Below, one piece after another: positions 42,758 to 54,510 of a DNA stretch of 64,000 nucleotides. Position 1 is the stretch's first letter; every line of letters starts with the position of its first letter. Position numbers and translations under genes: made by a program. This DNA is from Minutocellus sp. GHC0000111 (Eukaryota), in contig OZ361258.1 in assembly GCA_977018835.1 (NCBI GenBank), positions 4,650,001 to 4,714,000 of the forward strand. The letters are read 5' to 3'. The notes beneath the pieces are model-generated. The model saw only the letters and a program-made list of their open reading frames with translations, was not told where the DNA came from and made no database searches.

Positions 42758-44356
42758 ATGGCATTGCGGCCAAGATGCCGGGGAACGCCCGCTTCGTCTT
42801 GGGTCTTGCGGCGGGCACATTCCTCAGTGAATCTATTTCGTGTTGATTTTCAACCGGCGCACTTTTCTGCAGAAACTGCCGCTTCGCAACTACATGGGCC
42901 TGTATCGGCAACTTCGTCCTCGGCCGGTGGCGCTTCGTCAGTGTCCAATCTTGAGCAAGCATCTCGTGCTAGTCGCATTGAGGCCTGTAGAAATGCTTTG
43001 TCGCATTGCTCTCGTCAACACAATGGTTCACATGAAAAGCCACCGGTCAAAGCTGTGTCGAAGAGAATACAAGTATCCAAATTGTCCAAATCCAAAAGAC
43101 AAGCCATCAAGCTTGGGGGGAAATCTGATGCTCTGCAGGAATGCGAGCAGAGTCGTGGCGGCAAGGCATATTCTCTAATGCAGCCATGTTACCCAAACGA
43201 GGCAGTGGAGAGAGAAATGACACGAGTTGATCGGTGGCTTGTTGATAGCTTGGCCTTTGTGAACACCTTCGATGGCTATTCCATTGGTCAACAAAGCCCT
43301 ACGAGTACCAGCCAGCAAACAAAGCCCATCACGATGGTTGTTCTTACTGTGAACAGACAGATTCCATATCTTGCCGTCCTCGTGACAACACTCCTGCGAG
43401 GGCACGATACGGCAAAATTGCTTGAAAGCACGCGTCTTCATTTTGTCAACATAGAGAGGAGACCATGCAAATGTCATTATTCATTGTTTGAAGATCTGGA
43501 TGCGCGACTTCCATTTGCTACATTCCATCATTGGACAGATATTGATGAAAGTGTAACTGATCGCCATTCAACCCTGACCAATTCTACCGACCATCCCAAT
43601 GACAAAGCTAGATACTACAGGCAATACAAAGCGGACTATATTCGGGCCATGCAGTTGTGCAAGAGCGATGGGTCGGGTTTTTGTTTAATTCTGGAGGAAG
43701 ATGTAGCGCTGACGGCCCAACTGATACCAAAATTCATAGAACTCACGTGCCAATTGAAGGGGGAATTCGACAGGTCCAACCTAGGGGTATTATCACTTTA
43801 CTATCCTGAGAATGAAATCTTGAATAAGAACGGGAAGAGTCTCATCTATGGTGGAGGTGATCCCGACCAATACGAACGAGACATTACAGCAGCTGAATTT
43901 ATGGTTGATGTTCCTCGATCTCGAGATGATGGTGGGAGCAAAATCCAAGTCCAGATGTCTGATAATATGGGCCTCTTCCAAGCAAAATCTACACCAACGA
44001 AAAGGATAAAGTACCGACTGGAAGAAAATGACCGGGGTTATGGTGCAGTGGCACTGGCATTTCCCAATGAGAGGCTGGAAGAAATCATGCAGTATGTGAC
44101 TGATAAAATGATAAGTGGTGATGACGATGAGGAGGAAGTGCCACTAGACGTGACAATCATGAATCTCTTTCATGAGGAGCGAAACTACACCAAGCTCAAG
44201 GTTACGCCGTCACTTGTCCAACATATTGGGTTCTATTCGGAGCATCGGGGTGGCGACGATTGGGCCCAGGAGGATCCAAGCTGGCGACTCTTCAAGCTGA
44301 TGTCTAGGGATGTGCGGTTCCATCTTTCTGAAGGACATGACAACACTTTGTCGTAG
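42758..44356 (+). CDS. GT-A fold glycosyltransferase-like protein (GT54/PGAP4-like)
   Basis: LTVNRQIPYL, DYIRAM..C, LILEEDV (DxD-like), YGAVALAFP, PLDV, PSLVQHIG.YS. The N-terminus is uncertain. Confidence 0.7.
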   Translation: MALRPRCRGTPASSWVLRRAHSSVNLFRVDFQPAHFSAETAASQLHGPVSATSSSAGGASSVSNLEQASRASRIEACRNALSHCSRQHNGSHEKPPVKAVSKRIQVSKLSKSKRQAIKLGGKSDALQECEQSRGGKAYSLMQPCYPNEAVEREMTRVDRWLVDSLAFVNTFDGYSIGQQSPTSTSQQTKPITMVVLTVNRQIPYLAVLVTTLLRGHDTAKLLESTRLHFVNIERRPCKCHYSLFEDLDARLPFATFHHWTDIDESVTDRHSTLTNSTDHPNDKARYYRQYKADYIRAMQLCKSDGSGFCLILEEDVALTAQLIPKFIELTCQLKGEFDRSNLGVLSLYYPENEILNKNGKSLIYGGGDPDQYERDITAAEFMVDVPRSRDDGGSKIQVQMSDNMGLFQAKSTPTKRIKYRLEENDRGYGAVALAFPNERLEEIMQYVTDKMISGDDDEEEVPLDVTIMNLFHEERNYTKLKVTPSLVQHIGFYSEHRGGDDWAQEDPSWRLFKLMSRDVRFHLSEGHDNTLS

Positions 44357-44594
44357 TCTATGTAGGAATTCCTATGTAACTTTCTCGTGTAAATAGATCT
44401 AATCCGCAATGCAACTTTAGTAAAGTACCGGTACCGGTAACACAGCTGTCTGCGGTAGCTTTCTTCCGACCCGGACGCGATCGCGACCAAGTCTGGTTCT
44501 TCGCTTTCCTTTCTGCGCAAAATCGACGTCACGGGGCACCGTCTGCGGCTGCCGCTCGGCCGTTCATCTCATTTGCCTCACAACTTGAACAACC

Positions 44595-45770
44595 ATGAGC
44601 ACCCCGGCCTCCACCCGTCCCAGCCGCAAGGCGCGCTCATCGACGCCCAAGTAAGTCGTCGACAGCGACGAAGACGACATTGGTTCGGATTCTCCCATTG
44701 AAATTGACGACGGGGATGACTCGTCCGTGGAACCCAAACCCAGCACAAGCAGCAAGCGCAGCAAGCGTGCCCCGCGCCGGTCCGCCGCCTCCGCCAAGAA
44801 GGCCAGCTACAAGGATGCCGATAGCGACGATGACGATGATGGTGAATCATTGTTTCATTCCTCGTCGGCGTCAGACGTTATGAGTGTTGATTCATCATTT
44901 TCGGATGACGATTTTGGTGGTACACCCGCGTCGGCGTCGGCCAAGAAAAAGAAGAAGGCGGCACCGGCAAAGGCCAAAAAGGCGCCGGCGGCCAAGGCAG
45001 CAAAAACAACAGCCAGCAAGAAGAAGGCAGCTTCGACAGGCTCGGCGGCTCCCAGGACGAAGAAGAGTCCAGCGGCGGCTACTCCAACTTCCAGTACTAG
45101 TACCGCGGCCACACCGATAAGCAAGAAGAAGGCGGCTGCTGGTACTGGAAGTACCGCCAAGTCCAAGGCAGCCAAGGCCAAGACGGCAACTCCACCCAAC
45201 ACTCTGCATGAATCCGTTGACGTCGTTCTGCTGCAGTCCATCCTATCCCTCGGGAGCAGCGGGGGGTCGGCACCGACGGATTACACGGTGCTGGTCCAGA
45301 TAAATTCCAAGGATGCCATGTCGACGCTCGACTTTCACGGTGCGAGTGGCGCCATAGGTCGCTTTGAGGCGGATGATGAGGGTATTACTATGGACTTCAA
45401 GGGATTCCAATACCAGGGCATCATCCACCCCGGTCCCACGGCCATGATCGCCTCGATCAATGCCAAGAGTGGACAAATGAAGGTGGAATCCATCACGGAT
45501 GAGTTCGTTACGCTGGAAAAGACCCATGATGTCATGGCCCGGCTAGATGCGCAGGTGGAGGGTGATCTCGATGAGGGATACAGTACCAAGGGTCACGATG
45601 CCAATGTCAATTATTCTGGTGCAAGGGGTGGAGCGGGGTCTGCGGAGGCGGCGAATGATGGCAGCGGCGGTAAGAAGAGTGGTGGAGGGAAGAAGCGGGC
45701 AGGTGGCAGCAGTGCAAAGAATGCTGGCGGAGCCTCGGCCAAGAAGCGAAAGGCTGCACAAAAGAAGTGA
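44595..45770 (+). CDS. BIN4: BIN4-like DNA-binding protein (topoisomerase VI accessory subunit)
   Basis: C-terminal LDFHGASGAIGR...MDFKGFQYQGIIHPGPT...MKVESITDEFVTL resembles the plant BIN4 conserved domain; Lys/Ala-rich N-terminus; in-frame TAA at 44652-44654 overlaps a GTAAGT donor. Confidence 0.7.
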
Positions 45771-45976
45771 GCATACATGCATGTAATGTCTTTTGCGCCA
45801 CAAAATAATTGTATATGTAACAATGGGGACTATTTTCCGGTATCAGCTTTACTTTCGTTTATCATTTTTTTATTCTGGGTATTGCCGCCGACGTCGTCAA
45901 TAAATACAGAGCATACAATGCACCTGCACTACGATTTGCAACGACATGAATACCAAAAGATTGCGTTGCATGATGC

Positions 45977-48900
45977 TTACTGCGAAGCATTTTGGAACTT
46001 AACGAAGATGGAATCTCTCCTCTCGCCATTCGAATTCAGGGGCAGCGCATTGGGCCTCTCTGCTTTCGCTGGCGAAGGGGTTTCGGCGGGCGAAGAAAGA
46101 GAGTCGCGATCGCCAAGATAGTGTTGTTTCACCAGCCCCCATGAGTCACTGCCGTCCTTGCCGCCGTCCAGGAGAGGAAAATCTCCTCGAACGAGGGGCG
46201 TATCCCACTCACTCTCCGGGACCGAGACACTTTCGCTCAAAAGCCGAAAAATGGCAAGGCGAGGTCTGCCAAATTGGGTCGAGACCCCACCGAAGCTCAA
46301 GTCAAAGGGGCCATTGGTGTCAGGGTCTACATGGCCCTTCTGCGAGGCGTTGAGGAAGCTACCCCACACCGGTGCCACAGCACAATCACTATTGCCAAAC
46401 TCAACTGCGAGAGAATATTTTGCGGTGCACTCGGGCACCTTGGTATTCTCGTCTACCCTTCCGGGACCTCTGCCCTCGCAAGAAGGCCACTGCCACTTTT
46501 CCATGGATCTCTTGAGCGAAAAGTACCGCTCCCTAAGAATGCGCTCTTCGTTCGTGAGAGCCAACGCCGGATCATTTCCTTGCAGGGTCCTGATGCGATG
46601 GTAAAGAATGTCGCGAACAAGATCCCTCGCCACAGGGTCATTATTGACCACGGTGGAGTAAAAAAGGGCTGGTGAGTAACCGTATGAAAAGATTCTGCAA
46701 CGCTTGGACTCGTTGGGTCTATCGCTTTGGCGTGGAAGGGCAGCGGTGGAAAGGGCGGCAACGATGACCCCTTACGTTTGTTGCCGTTGAGCATTTGGGC
46801 CTTGCTTCGAACCCTCTTGAAGCGTTTGACCATTGGCGCCGTGCAAGGAGAGATCTGAGACGAAGGAATATCGAACCAAATGGACACGTTGGCGTTGGCC
46901 TCGCCGCATGGGCTGAAACAGATCTTGCGGACCACCATGGTGGAATTGGGGCTGTAAGAGCATCTGCTATCGCCCCAGGGGGTACGACTCGCGTTATACT
47001 CGCCGATAGAGATTTCACGAACTGAATTCAAGCCGCCGATGCCGAGAGTATCGCTGGAAGCATCAGATTCCGGCTTTGGGGCGTCGTCTGCAGAGACGAG
47101 GCGGAAGTAGCGAGTCTGTAGGATCATACAGAGCTCATCGTACACCAGATGGGAGGGAGAATAAATAAAGTCCTCTTGATCAGACATACCATTGGTATCT
47201 TTTCCTCCGCTCATGAGAAGGGCAATAGATAAACGCTGCTCTTCCGTCAATTTCTTCTTGCCGGCACTGACATTGCCTCCTGCGCCGCCATTTGTGCTGC
47301 TGCTACCGCTACTATCCCCAGCGGAAGCAGTCGCCAGAGCTGTTGAAAACGATGATTTGCTCATGAGCGTATAGGAGGACGCTGGAGGTGAAGGCTTCAA
47401 TGAAGGAGAACGCAATGCATTGAGGTTACAAACCAGGATGCCGTACGTATCATTCCATTCTCTCGCTCCCCAAGGATCATTGGCGTGCGAACCGATGGGT
47501 GGCTGAGGCTTGCCAATGGTACCAGCTCCGAAACATCCCTTCTTGGAGCTGCCGCCGTTGGTTCTGGCGCTGAATGTCGATGGACGACACTTCTCCCAGA
47601 ACACTTGCCCAACAAGTGGGTTCGAGGCGTGCAACGAGGAGTTGTGGCGATGGTAGAATTTGTCGACGTTGACGGTCGTCTCGAGATTGGGAACGGGTGA
47701 ATCCGCATAGGGCATCCTGTAGGGGGGGCGGCGGTACGGCATAAAGGCAGCAGTAGAGAAGATGAATGCAGAATGATGACAAAATGATATGGTACAAATG
47801 GATACACTTTGAACACCGGTCACTTACCAGGAACTGACTGGTCCGACAACTCGAGGATCGTGGATACTGCTACACCTCTGCCCAAACGGACAGCTACCCG
47901 TCGTAATCCAACTAAGACAGGGGTGGGTGCGATACTGGGAAGCGTTGGGGACGAGTCCATTCCTCTCCAGATCCTTGAGCTTCTTGAAACGCAGCTCATC
48001 CCAACCATGGGCGTAACTGCAGCGCTCACCGAATGGACAAGGAACGTCTTTCAGGTAGTACAGACACAGCTCGGTCTTGACCTTGTTCTGGCGGCGAGGG
48101 TCGCCCTTGAGGTTTTGTGGCGGTGGCGTTACGGCCGGACTGGAACTTCTGGTACTTTTGGTACTTTTGGTGGAGGAGGAAGTATCGGGGAGAGGCGTGG
48201 GTGGCTCATCATTGGTCGCATTCCGATCGGCCTTGCGAGGAGTGATGAACCCATCATTGCTGGTGCTGATGTTATTGCTGCTTGTATTGTTGCCTGTTCC
48301 ATCCTTGTTGGTAACATCAGACAGAATGGGCAAGGGAGATACGATGCTGCTCCTGCTGTTACTGCTGATGCTCGTCACCACCGCAGGGATTTTGGGAGTT
48401 GTGCTCCGGTTGCTTCTTCCAAGGATGGAACGGGCATTGCTGGTACCAGTTGTACGTGTGGCGGTTTCATCATCGTCAATACTACAGATACTGCTGAGAA
48501 AGCACTCACCACCACTACCACCTGGAGTTGCACTCTCACCGCTCAGGAGGAGGGAGTTGCTGTGGGACGGTGTGGTGGCCACGGTGGTCGGAGTTGCCAT
48601 TGACGTAGATACCATTGCATTGTTGCCGCTGTTGGCGGTAGTAGTATCCTTATCCTTCTCATCCTGCTTGATGGGGGTGAACCACTGCAGCTGGCGGGTG
48701 GTTGCGGTGGTTGCGGGAGCTGCAGCTGTGGTACCGTTGCTGGCGGAGCTGCTGGTACTGGTATTATTGGCGCGAGGCGAGTACAACGGGGACTGCGTCG
48801 ACAGCTTGAGGGTGGCAACCTTGGTGGTCGTCTTGGACGTACCGACATTGGCCTTGGCAGTTGCATTGTTGTTGGTAGTAGCATCGCCTCGGAGGGACAG

Positions 48901-49850
48901 AGGGGAAACGACCGCCATGGTCCTGTGGCCCAGACCGTTCCGTCCCGTCTTCATACCGGCGCTCGTCAGGCCGGGGGGCGGATGAATGGTGTTGCCGCTG
49001 CTGTTGCTGGTGCTGCCACCGAACAGGATATTGCTGCTGGTGGTGCTGTTGGGTGTAGCAGCATGTGATGGCTTGGTAGCAGCACCAGTTCCATTCCTTT
49101 TACTGCCACCGACGACGATGTTGCTGCTGGTACAACCGCTACCGATGATGCCGTACTCGTAGCTGCAGCCACTTTCACTATTACCGGTGGCACCCGATCC
49201 CGTGACATTTGCCGTACTACCAATATTGTCCCTTCCTTTGCCGCCGCCACCCCTGCGGAACGAGACGGCGGTAGGTAACAGCTGCTGCTGCTGCTTGCTT
49301 GTGTGATGATGATGACGACGCCGTCCTCCGCCGCCGACTCCTCCTGGTATGATGGGGTTGGTGCTGCCGCCGATGCCAATACCGACGCCAACTCCAGGGC
49401 CAGCTCTGGACGTGGTAGTGGTAGCAGTGCCGGTGGACTTGGTCTGGAACGCCGGTGACAGGAAGAAGGCGGCGCCGTTGTCTTCTGTGCCACTGCTGTT
49501 GCTGCTGGTCGATGCTGCTGTGGCTACATTGCAATTGTGTTTGGTGGTTTTGCGAGTGCTGGTCGCGACGATGAGGACCGGTTTGAATGGCTGCCGTTGC
49601 CGTTCACCGCTGTAGCGGCGGACAATCCTGCGGACGAGTCCACCCCGATCGTCTTCTTGGCAATCCTGCCGCCACTGCCGCTGCTGTTGGATACGCCCCC
49701 CGATGACATTCTCGCAAAGTTGCTGCCGATGATGGTGGCGTCCTGCGGAAACGGTTTGACCTCCGACGATGATTTGCAGCTACCGCCGCCGATGGTGGAA
49801 TTTGCAGCGTTGCCGGCGTCCTGCTTCCTCTGCTGCTGGTTGCCGCTCAT
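45977..49850 (-). CDS. Tandem CCCH zinc-finger RNA-binding protein (TIS11/ZFP36-like), with intron and two apparent frameshifts
   Basis: KVKTELC..Y....CPFGERCSYAHG and YRTHPC..W...GSCPFGQRCSSIH; intron 47717-47827 (GTAAGT...CTACAG); frame switches near 49550 and at the homopolymer 46660-46665. Confidence 0.75.
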
Positions 49851-50140
49851 TCCTACGCAAAATGGCTTCAACTACTACGTAGTAACTTCTCTTTGCTTCT
49901 TTGAATGAAGATCTGCGTTCTGCAGTTCGAACGGCGCGAGCAGGGATTTGGCAGTTGGCAGTTGGCGTACGTAGCACGTACGTAGCTACGTAAAAGTCTC
50001 AGGTGTTTGTACTTCTTCCCAACGGACAACAAAATAAGTGCGGAGCTTGTGACGGCGCGGATGAGACAAAGTCACAACCTCATTCAAACCCTGCCCTTTG
50101 CCCACCCTGCAACCCCTCCGTCATTGTGAGCCAACAAACC

Positions 50141-50945
50141 ATGAAGCTCTCCGCCACCCTCCTCGCCACGGCCCTGAGCGCCGCCCTGCTGATCAACCCC
50201 GTCGTCTCCATCTCGAACGCCGATGCCGCTGCTGACTCGATCGTCGACCTGACCGCCGCAGATCAAAGTGCCAACAGCGACCGTCACGAGCAGCAGCAGA
50301 GGGAGCTCTGGCAGCCCTACTTCAAGAAGGAGTGCTGCGAGCTCGAGTGCAAGCCCAAGTGCGGCACCGACGAGGAGGAGAACTGCAAGGGTGAGTTTTC
50401 TTTTTAGAATCTAACGACCATTGGTTACCATGTGCATGCATGTGCTCACCTACGTGAACTTAACTTACTTTCAACTTTCTCATGCTCAAATGCATAAATT
50501 TGTGTATTTATTTGACCGCAATCACTATCTAGAATATGCCGAGTACGAGTACGGAGCGTGCTGCATCTCCATCGCCAAGGAGACGGCCGGAACCCACACC
50601 TGCAAGAACGACCCATGGGTCGAGAAGAAATGCAAAAAATTGTCGGACGATGCCCTCGACAAATGCAAGGCCCACTGCTGGGGCGACAAGGAATGCTTCA
50701 AGGTGTGCCACCCCTGCGGATACAAGCCCGACGGCGGGTACAAGCCGGACTACGACGGTGGCGACAGCCAGAAGAAGGTGTGCAAGAAGAAGAGGAGCAA
50801 GTGCAAGAAGAAGTGCGACAGGCGCCGACTGGGCGCCGTGGCGGCCGGGGAAGTCAGGGACTTTCATGCCGAGGGCGGCCAGTTCCATCGGGAGCTTGGT
50901 TCGTGCAAGAAGAAGTGCAGAAAGGAGTACAAGAAGTGCCTCTAG
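50141..50945 (+). CDS. Secreted Cys/Lys-rich precursor with RXL motifs, two exons
   Basis: Signal peptide MKLSATLLATALSAALLINPVVS; intron 50391-50532 (GTGAGT...TCTAG); REL, RRL, REL motifs; CxxxC pairs; very high GC3. Confidence 0.85.
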
Positions 50946-51146
50946 ATATACTGTACGCAATCTGCGAGCTTGATTCAATTTAATTTTGGCCCTCTTACCG
51001 TGCCCCTGTGTGAATCCGGTATCGACATTCGATATCTCAAATTTTGGAGGTTTGTTTCTATATTTTTGGGTGCGATAACCTCGTAGATACGTTTTGAAAT
51101 CATAACAATGCCATCTTTGATCCATATGTATGGCAATAGAATATCT

Positions 51147-51905
51147 TCACCTCCTCTCATCTCTCCATATCTTGACCGCCTTGCGCAAATCGTCGACTAT
51201 GCACTGCTCGCTCATCTCCTTTATGATTGTTCCTTCGTCAATGTCGCAACGAGATGCCAGAAGACGAACCTCCACTTCACCACCACCACTTGCAATCTTT
51301 TGGGCAATCACCTGCACACCGCCCGGGCTCGTTTTTTTCTTTTTATCTCCCTCATCGCCATCGTCTGTGTCCTTCTTATCCTCAAAGGCGTTCTTTGGAG
51401 GCTTGAAGGTAAATTTGATTCCGGACGATGCAAGCACTTCAGGGCCAGCATCATCGTCAGCATCTGCTGGGACGGGGCCGTTGAGTGCCGATACTGTAAC
51501 GGGTGTGGTCAGACCTCGTTCCTTCCCACCGTCGCCCTCAAATAGTTTTGCCCAATCCATCACATATGTCGAAATGCTGTCAAACGCCACATCCGCATCT
51601 GCCGTCGATTTCTCCAGATTGCTAAAGGATGCCAATTCGCCCTTTGACTTGTCGGAACCGCCATCTCCACCGCCAAATAAATTGCCGAATATGTGGAGCC
51701 TAGTGCTGGAGGGGGCAAAGGTTGTTATGGCTGTAGAATGCCGAGTTCTCGATGTCATGCGACCGAGAGAATGCTGCATGCAAGTGTTATGGTGATGTTG
51801 TGGTTTGAGAAAGCATCTGTGCTGGTCGCTTGGGATTTGGGAGAACGCATTAGCTGGCTCGGAAACGAGGAGTGCTGCGATGCATGCGGTGATTGTGGAA
51901 TGCAT
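51147..51905 (-). CDS. Probable plastid-targeted protein of unknown function
   Basis: MHSTITACIAALLVSEPANA-FSQ signal with Phe at +1, Ser/Thr/Arg-rich transit-like region, C-terminal IKEMSEQ.IV..L. Confidence 0.75.
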   Translation of the reverse strand: MHSTITACIAALLVSEPANAFSQIPSDQHRCFLKPQHHHNTCMQHSLGRMTSRTRHSTAITTFAPSSTRLHIFGNLFGGGDGGSDKSKGELASFSNLEKSTADADVAFDSISTYVMDWAKLFEGDGGKERGLTTPVTVSALNGPVPADADDDAGPEVLASSGIKFTFKPPKNAFEDKKDTDDGDEGDKKKKTSPGGVQVIAQKIASGGGEVEVRLLASRCDIDEGTIIKEMSEQCIVDDLRKAVKIWRDERR

Positions 51906-52084
51906 TTGTATTCGAATGAGTAGCGTGCTCTTAATGGAGTTGTAGAAATGCGCCTTGGGTTGAAGGAGAAGTCCGTGAGTATCTTTCGATCTTCGATCAA
52001 TTGCTTCGCGATCTCGCTCTTGTCGCACCAAACATCGCCGCGCGCGGCGAAGCTGCAGGCTGCATCATCTCATCACTTTTTCTC

Positions 52085-53383
52085 AGCAAAGATGCCGTGA
52101 AGGCATCGCTCCTTGGCTTGACCGTGGGCGATGCACTTGCCATGCCTGTTCATTGGTATTATTCTCCCTCAAAGCTCCGAAAAGAGTATGGCCAAGTCAC
52201 CGGCATGCTGGCACCAAAACCTCATCACGCCGAATCGATGGTTCAGGGCATGAGTTACTCGGGAACAATCGATATTATGCACGACAAGGCACGCTTTTAT
52301 GCCGGCAATAGGCTGGCAGATGAGGCGAGGAAGAAACTGACGACTAACGATATTGCGGCAAGACGAGATGACCACGGAAATTACGTCGGTGCCGTCGAAG
52401 AGGAGCGCGTGCATTATCATGGCACTCTCAAGAGAGGGCAGAACACCACGAACGCCTGCATCGCCCGATTGCTCACGAGATATCTTGCCGAGGCAAATGC
52501 CGGTGGCCAAGATTACTATGATCCAGACACATTCTTAGCTGAGCATCTCTACAAGTACATGACAGATGTTCCAGATCCCAACGATACAGATCAGGTGAAA
52601 TGTCACAACGATACCTACATGGATGTCTATCTTCGAGGCTTCTTTGCCAACGCTTCCAAAGGGATTGCACTTCGCAATTGCGCATGGAGCCAGCGAGATC
52701 AGTGGAGCATCGGTAGCCTCGATGGCGTGGTGATGACTATCCCTATCATCGCTGCCTATTCTCGTGAGCCCGAGGCATTTGTAATTGGTAGAGCGGTCGA
52801 GCATCACATGCTCACGCATAGGTCAGTGATGGTGACGGCGGTGGTGTCTGTTTTGGTCCCTTTGCTCCTTGAGCTCTACAGGGGAAGTGACCTGCGTGAG
52901 GCCCTTGATAGGGCCATGGACAAGATGCGACCACCCAAATGCACTGGCCGTGAAATGCGCGATAGCTACGTATCGCACCGTGGGCCTGGCAATATCCCAA
53001 AGTATGAGAAATGGCTCCAGCACATGACGACTACAGAAGAGTCGACGAAAGACTTTGTCCATCGGATGGTTGCCGAGTTTGATGATGATGAAGATGTTGC
53101 CGGCTGGGGTGACCAGCCCAATTCTCGCCTAGCAACAGCTTGCTACTGCGAACAGACTTTTACGATTGTTATGTATCTGGCATACAAGTATTGGGACGAT
53201 CCGAAGAAGGCACTATTGGCCAATGCCAATCTCGGCGGACACTCCACTGCTCGCGGCGCCGTCCTTGGTGCCATTATGGGAGCAGCTCATGGAAGTGCGA
53301 GTTTGCCATTTGCGGAGGAACTCTGCGCCAAGGGTTGCATTTTGCAAGAGATTGATGAGCTTGTTGAGACCATTCCGTTTTAA
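52085..53383 (+). CDS. ADP-ribosylglycohydrolase family protein
   Basis: GLTVGDALAMPVHWYY, LTH, TACY, ALLANANLGGHSTARGAVLGAIMGA. The start codon is not resolved. Confidence 0.85.
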   Translation, partial: SKDAVKASLLGLTVGDALAMPVHWYYSPSKLRKEYGQVTGMLAPKPHHAESMVQGMSYSGTIDIMHDKARFYAGNRLADEARKKLTTNDIAARRDDHGNYVGAVEEERVHYHGTLKRGQNTTNACIARLLTRYLAEANAGGQDYYDPDTFLAEHLYKYMTDVPDPNDTDQVKCHNDTYMDVYLRGFFANASKGIALRNCAWSQRDQWSIGSLDGVVMTIPIIAAYSREPEAFVIGRAVEHHMLTHRSVMVTAVVSVLVPLLLELYRGSDLREALDRAMDKMRPPKCTGREMRDSYVSHRGPGNIPKYEKWLQHMTTTEESTKDFVHRMVAEFDDDEDVAGWGDQPNSRLATACYCEQTFTIVMYLAYKYWDDPKKALLANANLGGHSTARGAVLGAIMGAAHGSASLPFAEELCAKGCILQEIDELVETIPF

Positions 53384-53498
53384 ATAGAGGAAAGGGAGGG
53401 CATTTTGAAGAGACCCTGAACGTTGCCAAATCAAGTTATAAGATCGTACAAATGTCTGAATAAAAATGTAAATCACTAGTTGTACATTACATTATCGC

Positions 53499-54338
53499 TC
53501 ACTCGTCCATTGCACTCTTTACGGTGGCAACCAACTGCTTCACCATGCCCCTGATTTGCTCCTCTGTCATTATCTCAGAGTTTTTAATCGCAGTTCCAAT
53601 CAAGACCGTGTACTCCGGCGCTTCCGAATGCACCCATACCATGCCATTGGTTCCCACACACAATTCAAAGGCCAGCCCCGCCCTTCCCAATGCATCCAGT
53701 ACCACATTGGCCGGCTTGAGTAGTTCCCGGGCCAACCCCAGCGATATCCTCGTGGCCGTACCACCCTTGAGCTCACCGTAGGTTCCTTCGTCAGTCATCC
53801 AATCGCGTCTTCTGGCACCTCCATCAGCAGCCCCATCGCCGCCGACCTTGCAGGACACCTCTGGATCCATATCTCCATTCGCTGTAATCACACGACAATA
53901 CATGAGCGACCCGGGCTGGAGGATGGGCCGATTGCGCTTGGTGGCACCCTCGAAGCTAAGATTGTGGAGCAGGGCCGGGTGAGGGCCGAATATGTTCAGG
54001 CGGTAGTACTCGCCAGCGCTCTCCTCGACGATGCCCAGGATCCGCTCGCCGACGCGGGGCACATATCGGCGAGTGTTGGCCAGGACAGCGTAGGTGCGGG
54101 TGGACGGACGGTGGTACAACCGCCCCGCCAGGGTGGCCGTGATGCACTTGCTTTGTGCCGAGTATTGCAGACCAGGGCCCAGTTTGGGCGGTCCTCCCTT
54201 GATTTTGCTTTTTGCTTTTGAGCCATCGTCGTCTGATGAGGGAAGGATTATGTGCGTCAGGTCGTCTCCGGGTAAAACGACAGTGAGAGGCGCGAGTGCG
54301 CCGCTGCTGGGTGGCGCCGCCGCCGCCGCTGCCGCCAT
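53499..54338 (-). CDS. RRP40: Exosome complex component RRP40
   Basis: VVLPGD, KLGPGL, RRYVP..GE.ILGIV, FEGATKRNRP.L..GSL.Y.RV, FE.CVG.NGMVWV. Confidence 0.92.
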   Translation of the reverse strand: MAAAAAAAPPSSGALAPLTVVLPGDDLTHIILPSSDDDGSKAKSKIKGGPPKLGPGLQYSAQSKCITATLAGRLYHRPSTRTYAVLANTRRYVPRVGERILGIVEESAGEYYRLNIFGPHPALLHNLSFEGATKRNRPILQPGSLMYCRVITANGDMDPEVSCKVGGDGAADGGARRRDWMTDEGTYGELKGGTATRISLGLARELLKPANVVLDALGRAGLAFELCVGTNGMVWVHSEAPEYTVLIGTAIKNSEIMTEEQIRGMVKQLVATVKSAMDE

Positions 54339-54510
54339 GGTGCTGATTGCTTGGTTTTCAGTCAGGCGAATGCGAAATGAAATGAGTGGAGGTCCGTCCG
54401 TCGTAAGAATCCAGGCTTCCGGGTCTCTTGAATATGCAAAAGCTCCAACTCCACTTTTGGTGGACTGTACATGTATACAGCATCCAATAATCCTATGCTT
54501 ACATGTAGAT

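Noticed and set aside
39714..44654. Stop-codon reassignment suggested by in-frame TAG and TAA
   Set aside because: Other genes in the window terminate normally at TAA, TAG and TGA, and long ORFs lack internal stops; the two cases would imply different amino acids.
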